From Piromyces finnis finn (taxonomy: Eukaryota; Fungi; Neocallimastigomycota), in NCBI GenBank assembly GCA_002104945.1, contig MCFH01000068.1, positions 192,899 through 256,898 of the forward strand: a DNA stretch of 64,000 nucleotides, given 5' to 3'. Position 1 is the stretch's first letter. Each line of letters begins with the position of its first letter. The notes beneath the pieces are model-generated. The model searched no databases. It had not been told where the DNA came from and was given only the letters and a program-made list of their open reading frames with translations. The position numbers were made by a program, and so were the translations under genes. This document shows positions 23,101 to 32,237 of the stretch, piece by piece.

Positions 23101-24676
23101 CTCATTTTCAAGAAGACCTGACTTTCAAAAAGAGGAAATTAAAGATGAAGAAACATTTTCTTGCTTAACTATAAAAGAAATTAAGGAAAACTTATGTTGT
23201 ATTGCAATCCAAGGAAATCTTAAAGAAGAATTAATCAAAGAAGTTAAAGAAGATACAGAAATACAAGAATTAACAAAAATTCTACAAGGGAATTCTATTG
23301 CAAGCAGAAAGTATAAAAAGCTTATGAAGAACTTTAAATTAAATGAAGAAGGTATTCTTTTGTATAAAGGATTAATTTTCGTACCAACTAAAATGAGAGA
23401 AAACATAATTTCAATTCATCATGATAATCCAGTTCATGGCCATTTTGGTATTATCAAAACCAAAGAATTAATAACAAGAAATTTCATTTGGTTAAACATG
23501 ACTCAAGATATAGTAAAGTATATAGCTTCTTGCAAGACTTGTGGTGCAGCTAAAGACAATCGCCATAAACCTTATGGATTATTGCAACCTCTACCTACTC
23601 CTAGTAGACCTTGGTCCTCGGTATCGATGGATTTCATAACTGATTTACCAAGATCTCATCAGAAAACGGTTATAATGGTTGTGGTTGACAGACTAACAAA
23701 AATGGCTCACTTTATTCCATTCAGAATGATTCCAACTGCTCAAATTGCAGCAGATGTCTTCTTTAGAGAAATTTTCCGATTACATGGATTGCCAGACGAA
23801 ATTATATCTGATAGAGGAACGCAATTCACTTCTGAATTTTGGCAACGTTTATGTTGCCTATTAAATATCAAACATAATGTTTCAAGTGCTCACCATCCAC
23901 AATCCGATGGTCAAACTGAACGAGTTAATAGCATTCTAGAACAATTCTTAAGATGTTATATCAATAAAAGAAAAGACAACTGGATGAATCTCTTACCTTA
24001 TGCGGAATTTGCATACAATAATACACTACAACAATCGATTAACCAAACACCTTTCTTTGCTAACTATGGTCAAAATCCAAGATTTGATTTAGAAATTCCA
24101 GCTGATAGTGGTAATAGAAGTGCTAACCGTCACGCCTCTCAAATGCAAAACAACATTAAATTTTTAAAGAAAAATTTAGAAAAAGCTAAACAAAGATACA
24201 AGAAATATGCTGATTGTATAAGACTTATTGGTCCGAAATTGAGAATTGGTGATTTAGTTTGGTTAAAGCGTCCTGATTTACTTCCTAAAGGACCTCCTAA
24301 ATTAACTGATAAAAAACTTGGACCTTTTGAAATCATCGAAAAGACTGGACCAGTTTCTTATAAGTTAAGATTACCTGAGTCTTTTAGATGTCATCCTGTT
24401 TTCCATATCTCGAATTTAGAACCTTTTGTAGTGAGAGAAAATAGTGATAATTTGCAACATTCTATCAAGATACCTAATATCGCTACTGATTCATCTGTAG
24501 AAAGAATTCCATTGAAAATAGTTAGTGAAAAAATTGTCAATGGAATCAAGTATTATTTCATGGTTTGGAAAGATCATCTTCCTTCAGAAAGTTCTTGGCT
24601 TAGAGAAGATGAAATTGAGGACCCTCAAATGATTCAAGAATTTCTTAAACACAAGTCGCTCAGGGGCTCGACTTAA
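20192..24676 (+). CDS. gag-pol: B2 Gag-Pol polyprotein with chromodomain (first ATG 20192; the track ORF opens at 20138 on TTG)
   Basis: Uninterrupted ORF: gag, CFICKSTGHLKKDC, ALVDSGS, YIDD, RNase H, integrase, chromodomain. Confidence 0.96.
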   Translation: MNGEYRYIDNCNGNGVAGISDDDSEASSMEIEHEDGEIVNARDNLIPRPPKFYGKRNELASFFAKLEKYFKYNLRQNATEAYKIDVLSCYLEGPAAEWYADLEKEESPLIKSYEDLKAAMQARYRTCTSSDVANRRLTKLNYKQFKSVMDYCDCFEKTSRDSSFDDEAKIHFFVEGLPPSVQEKTKLVYPKIRKLYDLINTVAANIEEDWRIYGKDPMNIDGERGRRYNRNLGKRLYQGNYGMKFNNYRDFHHEEKVQKTKKCFICKSTGHLKKDCPMLKDKLANRPKAFMIKENRKQHLLNVFDVVLHVNRGISLNALVDSGSDLEFMDWKTVNKYRIPIQRMMKDKFVEGLGGNGLLKYETIPLIMSIGNHKESIQFYITTLPSDVSLILGNKWLRKHDPIISFKNQKLEFKSEFCKTNCCATDEEINERIEQNKLKEEEDKRKRLELAEEIINNYKNSLVIRDSKLKNKENVLVIEKKKKKSCINKKCKTSKLNKILHQKYLVCCAITSDNDGTPEVPNEYKEFKNVFDEIECNELPPHRIYDCKIKLKDDNELFYGPLYPLTEEERETLKEYLKENLEKGFIRPSTSPAGAPVLFVRKKDGTLRLCVDYRRLNENTIRDSYPLPLISELFDRLREAKVFTKLDLKSAYNLVRINEDDEYKTAFRTRFGHFEYLVMPFGLKNAPATFQHFINDVLGEYLDEFAFSYIDDILIYSKDLKEHRTHVKKVLKKLQENGLYVKLSKCEFETNKTSFLGHIISDKGISMDPKKVEAIMNWPIPKTVKEVQSFLGLCNYYRRFIPNFAEIAKPLHNLTKKNVVFDWTIICNNAFEKLKQCFTEEPILVHADPELPYIVETDASDFAIGAVLSQRLNNKELHPICYFSRGLTKSEKNYPIYDKELLAVICALKEWRHYLEGAKHQFTVFTDHKNLTFPRKPELLSQRQIRWNLFLTRYDFKLQYRPGKEGGKPDSFSRRPDFQKEEIKDEETFSCLTIKEIKENLCCIAIQGNLKEELIKEVKEDTEIQELTKILQGNSIASRKYKKLMKNFKLNEEGILLYKGLIFVPTKMRENIISIHHDNPVHGHFGIIKTKELITRNFIWLNMTQDIVKYIASCKTCGAAKDNRHKPYGLLQPLPTPSRPWSSVSMDFITDLPRSHQKTVIMVVVDRLTKMAHFIPFRMIPTAQIAADVFFREIFRLHGLPDEIISDRGTQFTSEFWQRLCCLLNIKHNVSSAHHPQSDGQTERVNSILEQFLRCYINKRKDNWMNLLPYAEFAYNNTLQQSINQTPFFANYGQNPRFDLEIPADSGNRSANRHASQMQNNIKFLKKNLEKAKQRYKKYADCIRLIGPKLRIGDLVWLKRPDLLPKGPPKLTDKKLGPFEIIEKTGPVSYKLRLPESFRCHPVFHISNLEPFVVRENSDNLQHSIKIPNIATDSSVERIPLKIVSEKIVNGIKYYFMVWKDHLPSESSWLREDEIEDPQMIQEFLKHKSLRGST

Positions 24677-24687
24677 GAAGAGGGGAA

Positions 24688-25525
24688 TGTAAAATATTGT
24701 ATTAGTTAAATGTATTAGTTAAATAATGTATTTAATACGTATGTAGATCAATGTATAATGTATTGAATTAATGTACCGTAAATTTTACAAAAATTTACAT
24801 CACAATACATTAACATAAATTTATGTAAATTTAATTTTATGATAAGATAAAGTTTTGATGATAAAATAAAATTTTAAAATTAAATAATTTTTAACCAATA
24901 AATATTTGAGATAAGAAAAAAAAAAAAAAAAAAAATTTTTTTTATAAACTAAGCCTCAAAATTAGAAATAAATAAATTAAATATATGTTTGAAATATAAT
25001 CAACCATATAGTAAATAAATCAAAACTTTATTTTAAGCTTAGAAAATTCTTTAGTAAATAAATTGAATTTAAATAGTTTAATACAAATAATTTCTTTTAA
25101 TAAATGTATAAATGTAAACAATGTAAAATTATAATATTAAAACATGTATATTAGAATTTATTCAATTTATTTAAAAAGTATAAATAAAGAAAATTTCTCA
25201 ACTATTGAAACGATAGTTGGAAAATAGTAATTAATTACAATTGTATAATTAGTATTAATAATATTAGATTATTAATAAAGTTTATAATAAAACATTTTTT
25301 ATTTAATTAAAAACTGATTACCTAGCGAAGGCTCTGGTTAAATAACCTTCGTGGTAAAGTAATCAGCAGTTGTCATAGTTTCGAAGATAAATTTATTATT
25401 TAAATAAATAAAAAAGTATTAAAAAATAAATTGGAATTTTTTTTGTTTTGTATTGTTGTTTTGTTAGCACAGACCTAAATCCAATAATTTAATTTAAAGG
25501 TTAGATTTAAATTAAATATTTTACA
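24688..25525 (+). repeat. B2 3' LTR (838 bp)
   Basis: Direct repeat; 14 extra A in the tract at ~24916-24935. Confidence 0.97.
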
Positions 25526-25547
25526 ATATTAGGATACATTTTTCCTT

Positions 25548-26079
25548 GTCGTTCCAGTTTTTATCCTGGTTGTTAAGGCGTTTCCTTAGCATACATAAGG
25601 CTTCTGGTTCGACCCCGCAGATGTCAGTGCCTGTGGATTTTCCCACTGGGTTTGCCATGGGTTGGGTTATGATATTCAGGTAAGTATAAATGAACTTTCT
25701 AATTTACTACTATGATAATAACACTCGTCTAGCCGGCCTGAGAGGGTCTAGTGTACATGGTACATTCCAAATTAGAACTTAATAAGTGGTGACTTAGGCT
25801 ATGCCAAAAACACATAATATTCCTTAATCAATTTAAGTGTAAACATTAGGGGGCGGTTGACACGTGATCAAATTGACTATAAGAGGCTTAGCATTATAGT
25901 TGTGAAATATCGTACAACGACATGCATCTAATGTACATGGATTAAGTGAGCGTCGAAGCTGAAGAAACAGTATGACAGACCAGGAGGGTCACAACCACCT
26001 AGCAATAGGAATGAGCCAACGTTTCTCTAAGAACCACCATTGGAGCTAACTCTGATCGATGGGAGAAATGCACTCGGAA

Positions 26080-26110
<31 letters not shown>
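25548..26110 (+). mobile_element. SINE: tRNA-like head, LINE-related 3' part, 28-nt poly(A)
   Basis: TSD CATTTTTCCTT (25537-25547 and 26111-26121); B box GGTTCGACCCC (~25616); D-arm-like CCT-N8-AGG and stem CCTTA-N7-TAAGG; 39/44 match to the LINE 3' UTR. Confidence 0.88.
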
Positions 26111-26111
<1 letters not shown>

Positions 26112-27665
26112 ATTTTTCCTTATTTTTCGTAACAGTGTATTTTTTATTTAAAAGCTATGCATTAAGTCATTCTGGAAAAGATTTTTCTGAATTATTATTG
26201 TCAGATAATAATATTTTTGATTATGAAAATATAAAGAATCTCATAGTATTTGGGTAAGTTTTATTATTGTATGGTTATACAAAATCATTTCATTTATTTA
26301 TTATGTTTTCCTTTTAAAATATATTATGCTTGTCAAAAAAAGTGATTCTCATTCTTACTCTATGACAAATTGGAATGATATGGTAATTTATTTGAAATAT
26401 CATTGATTTATAAATGATGTTTAACAAAAATATCAGATAGCTTACTTAAAAAAATTTTAAATATATTCACATTTAATATTATATTACCTCTAAAAGACAT
26501 ATTCACTCTATGATCGTTGGTCAATGTGCCTTTCTAAAATAGGAAATATGAAACTTTGGAATTTTGCAGAAGCTGGAGCTGTTATCGATTTAAATGTGTA
26601 ATAAAATATTTAAACATTATATATAGACATTTCTATTCTATCTATTAATCTATTAAAAATATATATATTTTTGGTAAATAAAAAAGAACATATAGGAGCC
26701 ATTATCCTATTGATTTCATAAAACAATATGAATTATTTTATGAACGTATGTCACATGAAAAGAGGTATTTTGATCAATGGAATGGAACCAATACGTTATT
26801 TGCAATATATTTAGGTGCCAATGATATTAGTGTTTTAAATACTAATAAAACAGTTAATAATCAGCAATATGTAAATAATAATAAAGCAATTAATGAGAAT
26901 TTAAGATACATTATCAATATCATGTTTAAAAAAATTGAAAATATGTATGAAGTTGGTGGAAGAAACTTTATGATTTTAAATGTATTTCCAATAGATTTAG
27001 CCCCAGTAAATGATAATGGAAAGTATAATTATTTGAAAGAAGAAGTTTTATACTTCAACTCATTATTAAGTGAAAAATCTAAAACTTTATTTAATAAATA
27101 TTCAGATATCAATGTCATTGTTTATAATACTCATGAAGAATATAAATATATATTAGGAAATAGTACTAAGTTTAATTTCAAATTCATAAATAAATTATGT
27201 AAATTTAATAAAAAGAGCAAAAGAAGAAATTGCAATAAATATTTCTGGTATGATCCTACACATATAACTAAAAAGGGAAATACAATTTTAGCAGAAGATA
27301 TAAATGAATTATTAAAATCTATCAATAAATAAATAAAAAAAGTGTAAATGTGAACTATAGAAAAATATGAAATTCATTATTAAAAGTAAATAGTAATTTT
27401 GTTCCTGTAATATAAATAGTCTAAAATAAAACTAAAATTAATTTGTATCTAACTAAAGATCTTTTAAAAATAATAGTTAACTAAATCATTATATATTTTG
27501 TGTATAGGCCAAATTAAAATATCTTATAAAATCGATTTTTTTAAAAAAAATTATTGTTTATTTTTACATATAAATATGATTGTATGATATTTGGCTAAAT
27601 ATATGGTTGTTAGTAGATGTATTAAATTTGATATTTTCAGTTATAAATAAATATATATGATGCTA

Positions 27666-27931
27666 TTTTTAACTTCTGAGTGCGTAAGCCCCATAGTGAA
27701 TCATTTCTATTTTTAAGTGGTTGTGATCCTCCTGGTTTGTCATACTGAATATTAGATACATGTTGTACGATATCTCCAATCATAATATTAAGCCTCATCT
27801 CAATTTAATCACGTATCGCCCCTAATGTTGCTTGTGTATTTGATATAGCCTAAATCACCACTTATAAAGTTATAATTTGAAATGTACCATGTACACTTTG
27901 ACCCTCTCAGGCCGGCTAGACGAATGTTATT
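27666..27931 (-). mobile_element. 5'-truncated, diverged copy of the same SINE
   Basis: Reverse complement matches the SINE body (CGTCTAGCCGGCCTGAGAGGGTC, TGTACATGGTACA, CCAGGAGG) and the 3' end GCACTC(A/G)GAAGTT(A)n. Confidence 0.85.
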
Positions 27932-29225
27932 TTTTAATAAAGAATAAAATCTTATTTATTTTTTATATAAGTTTTTTATATTATTGACATTTTGTTATTA
28001 CGATAGTATATTAAAATGATAAAAGTTGCTTTGTTTAAAACATTCAAATATTTTAAAGAAATGTTTTATCTACCTAAAAAGAAAAGTTACTTTTAATTCT
28101 TTTATTACTAAAATTTATAAAACAAATATAAAAAGAATATTTTATTTTAAATATTTAAAATGAAAAACTTTAAATAGAAACATTTATTTTACCATTTTAT
28201 TAACATTGTTAATGTATATAATTCTTGAAAATATTATGTAAAGCAGAATAATAAATAAGCATTATCTATATAATACATTTTTAGAATATTGTCATTTTAC
28301 ATTGTTTATATTATTTTTGCATAAATTAGTTTTTATTTTATATCTTAATTAAAAATTAACAAAGTATTTAAATTATGAAAAAATAATAATTAAAAACCCT
28401 TTTCTTATTGAATTAAAAATAATTATTAAAGAAAAGACATATTTTTACTTGAACCCTTAAAATTGAAATTATGCTAAATTGTAAATTGCGGTAATAACAA
28501 TTTATGTTTAACTTTTTTTTTCATTTAATTATCAAGTAATTTCTTGATATTGTTTTTCTTTTGCCTACAACCTTGTTTATGGGTTAAAATATATAAAAAT
28601 GCATTTTATACTGCAAAAGAAATGTTGTTTATCTATAATTTTGAATATTATTCAATTGTTAATTATTCGAAAAAAAAAAGAAAGCTAAAGTATATTAAGT
28701 TTTATAATTAAAAAATAAATTATATTAAGCAAGCAACTATTCGTGTATTCACTTCACATTTCAAACAACAATTAAATATTATATAAAACAATAAAACAAT
28801 TAATTAGTAATTAGTAACAGAATAAAATGAAGTGTTAATATTGAATCTTTTTTTGTTTGTTATTTCTATATTCATTTTAACCATTCCTGATAAAAGTAAA
28901 AGACTATAATTTATTTTTTCAATTATGGCAAGATAGTTATTTAAAATTTGCATTTTTTCTTGTATAGAATTATCTATTAGTCTAGTATTCCTCTTAACAA
29001 AGTGTTATTTCATCAAAATATGCTTTTATCCATAAATACAGCAAAATCTTTGTTTAAAATCAAAACCATGATTAAACATTTCATAAAAAATTTCAAAAAG
29101 TTCTAACCCTTTGGAATTTGAATATTTTTATGATTGAGATTCCATCTTATAATAATAAAAAGTTGGAGCAAACGAATCACTAGCTAAGTTAGCTTGGAGG
29201 ACGTTAATCATATGACTATGGTAAC

Positions 29226-29297
29226 GACGAAAGGGCAAAAGTTAGCTTTATTGAAGATCATCTAGGTGAAAAAGTATTGAGATGGTATTGTAATGAG
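29226..29297 (+). pseudogene. Retrotransposon gag relic
   Basis: Translates DERAKVSFIEDHLGEKVLRWYCNE, similar to the gag motif DRVKVDFVISYFSGKPLEW of element C. Confidence 0.45.
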
Positions 29298-29607
29298 AAC
29301 TAGTGAAAAACCATTGTTATTGTAGGAAATAATAATAAATAAATAAATAAATAAAAACACAAAATTAAATAAACAATATTATTTGAGATTTATATTATTT
29401 TATTTATTATTATTATTCAATATTAATAATAGTTCAAAAAAGCATAAAATAAAAATAATACATGGTTATTTATTCGTTAATTCTAATTCTATAATACATG
29501 ATCGGATTTTACATTAATTTAAAATTATCTAATTTATAATTATTCATACACCTAATTTAAATATAATTTATCTAACTATTCATTTAATTAAGATATAAAT
29601 TAAAAGT

Positions 29608-29677
29608 AAATAGTAGGATTCGAACCAATTACATAATCCGTACTATACCAGAGCCAGGTACCACTGATCTATCCTAA
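29608..29677 (-). other. tRNA-derived Pol III promoter-like segment (not a functional tRNA)
   Basis: A box TAGATCAGTGG and B box GGTTCGAATCC at tRNA-like spacing; the D, T and acceptor stems do not pair. Confidence 0.6.
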
Positions 29678-30055
29678 TGGTTATATCGATTGTAAGAAAT
29701 ATTTGTGGTCATAAGTTTACTTATAAATATTTCAATTGAAACCTTGTGAAATATTTTGGAAATTATGGTTGGGAGATTGTGGTTCGTTAGAAAGCCACGT
29801 TCGAGATAAACAACATATCTTAAAATCAGGTCAATATCTCTGCTGGTTCACGAGATATTCTAATTCAAAGATATTTTGTTAGTAATGATTAATTGTTTAC
29901 TAAGAGAATGATCACTCCTGATGTATCAAACATAAATCATTTACTCAAAAGGATATAAATTATTGTTTTAATTAAATTAAAATTATTTTCCGGAACTAAT
30001 TAACTTTATTTTATAATTATTATTTCAATAACATAACTTAAAATCTTTGAATTAG

Positions 30056-30559
30056 TGTAACAGGTTTCTATATAAAAAATTTATTAATATAAGAATTAAT
30101 AATTTTTATATAGAAGAATAAATATTATATTCCCTATAAGTCAAGAAATTTATTTATTTAAAATATTTTTTTTTATTATTATTAAATTTTTAAGAATAAA
30201 GATTTAAATTTAAAAGTTAATAAAAACATAACTATTTAATTTTTGATCCACACCACTTCTATTTATACTTTTTCTAAATCTGATGTGGCTAAATAAAAAA
30301 TTAAATTTTCTTTCTAAATTCTTTAAATTAATTAAAAATTACATAAAATGAATCTCGTGATAAAAATACATAAAATATTTAATTTTTTGAATATTCGAAC
30401 TTATTCTTTTTCGAATAAGTTCTATAAGTTTCTATGAGTCATAAATTAAATAAATAATTTAAAATAAATTTTGTATCAAAGTGTGAGTCGAACCCGAGTG
30501 ATCCAGATTAATGTCTTAAATACTAACAATTAAGACAATATTAATTTTCAAATAGATTT
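30056..30559 (-). repeat. Z-like LTR (reverse), interrupted by LTR V
   Basis: Terminus TGTAACA at 30056; hairpin GTCTTAA-N10-TTAAGAC (30513-30536) with a B box 20 nt away; continues briefly after 31270. Confidence 0.55.
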
Positions 30560-31101
30560 TGTTAAGGAACCAACAAATAATGTTATTCTTGTCATAATTA
30601 ATGATTATGACCTAATCCATTATTGTTCCTAAATGTATGAAAACTTTACAATATTCTTATTTGTAAATTAATGTATACACTTAAATTATATTTAAAATTA
30701 TTAATAATTATTTTTATTGAACTTAAATTTTATTTTATTAAACTTAAAAATTAATTTAGTAATAATAATATATTGAAAATTATAGTTTATTGAACTTTTA
30801 GTTTAATTTATCAAGTTAATGAATTTTTATTAATTAAAATTATGAATAATATTTCTGTAAAATAGTAAAATTCTTTAGTTAAATATATTTAAAGTAAATT
30901 TTTAATGTATGTTAATCAATTTAATAATATGTATAAATATTTATTATAATAGTAATGTAATTTTATTATTCATTTAAAAGTAATTTAAATACTAAAATTA
31001 ATGTAAATAATTAAAGACTAATTCTTTTAATTAACACTACTTAATTTCTTACAAAAAGTATAAAAAGGTGTATATTATAAGAATTAGAGAATATACAGAT
31101 A

Positions 31102-31132
<31 letters not shown>

Positions 31133-31270
31133 TTATAATTTTATATTAATATCTTAATAAAACAATTTTATTAATAAAACAAATTTTCTTATTTCATTTT
31201 AATATTATTTTTGAGTATTAATAATTTATTAATATTATATAAATAAAAGTAAATTCCTCGAACCGTAACA
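30560..31270 (-). repeat. Solo LTR family V (reverse), 4-bp TSD ATTT
   Basis: Reverse complement of 41036-41732; TG...CA termini. Confidence 0.85.
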
Positions 31271-32237
31271 ATTTTTGTAGTAATTTTATTGTAAAATATT
31301 CTAAACTAGTTCAGGTTTGTATACGTGTGAAGATATTAACTGGATTTAAAATAAATTCAGATAATATCTATAATTAATTAAACATAATAATTAGAATTAA
31401 ATAATCCCAATAATTATTTTAAAACACCTTTAAAAGTCACCTTTTAAATTTTGATTCAGTGAAAGGGTTATGATTTCAAAAATTTAATATCAATACACTA
31501 TAACCCTTAGCCAAAAATAAACAAACACGAAACAAGGCGTAACTCGCCAAAAACGATCGCTACGGTTGTAAGTGATACGGCTGTGAAACCAAGTTTATGT
31601 AATGCTGACACAGAAAGAATAGATTAGGATATCTATTCTATTACAATAACACAAAATTTAAAATAAAATAAAAAATTGTTTTATTAAAAATATCTTTTAT
31701 TATAATAGAAATTTTATTAATAACAATTACATCGATAAAATGATGAAAAATATCTTCTATTTATATTTTTCCTAAATACATTTATATTATATTATAACTA
31801 TTTATTTCTTATATATTATTATTTAAAATCTACACTAAAATCTTAATTATTAATAAATATTTAAACTATAACTATTTTTAGTAAAATACAATTGGCAATT
31901 CAAATTAAGTACTATTCAATTTGAATATGTGCCCATGTATTATTGATATATTAATCATTTATTATTTATTTATTTCTATGAAAAAACAATACTAAAACTA
32001 GGGATTTAAATTGAGAATATTAATTTACTTGTTAAACATTAAAAATAAATTAATAATTTATTTTGTTTTAAACTTTAATTATTAATAAATAAATTATGTC
32101 TCATTTTCTTTTTCTGAATATAATTTGTGTAACTTAAACAATAATACTTGTGGCTTAAGTTACATTAAAGATATCAAACAGAGGCGTTTGATATCTTTAC
32201 AATCTCTCTCTCTAAGTCGAGCTCCTGCGAGATTAAT

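Larger units (their letters stand above)
19031..25525 (+). mobile_element. Intact Ty3/gypsy chromovirus B2
   Basis: LTRs 19031-19854 and 24688-25525 match by eye apart from one poly-A length. TSD ATATT; single gag-pol ORF; PPT before 24688. Confidence 0.97.
18995..27332 (+). pseudogene. Secreted GDSL/SGNH hydrolase (esterase/lipase), exon 1 disrupted by B2 and a SINE
   Basis: Exon 1 = 18995-19030 + 25531-25547 + 26122-26253; exon 2 26343-26382; exon 3 26497-26597; exon 4 26696-27332. All SGNH blocks present: LIVFG|DSHS, NFAEAGA, LGANDI, DPTH. Confidence 0.88.

Noticed and set aside
25677-25687. CAGGTAAGTAT is the complement of the U1 snRNA 5' end
   Set aside because: No further U1 similarity; at most a consensus splice donor. 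Splicing from it would not restore a secreted enzyme.
25730-25748. TAGCCGGCCTGAGAGGGT resembles a bacterial 16S rRNA helix
   Set aside because: Only ~18 nt, flanks are not rRNA-like, and it lies inside the SINE body.
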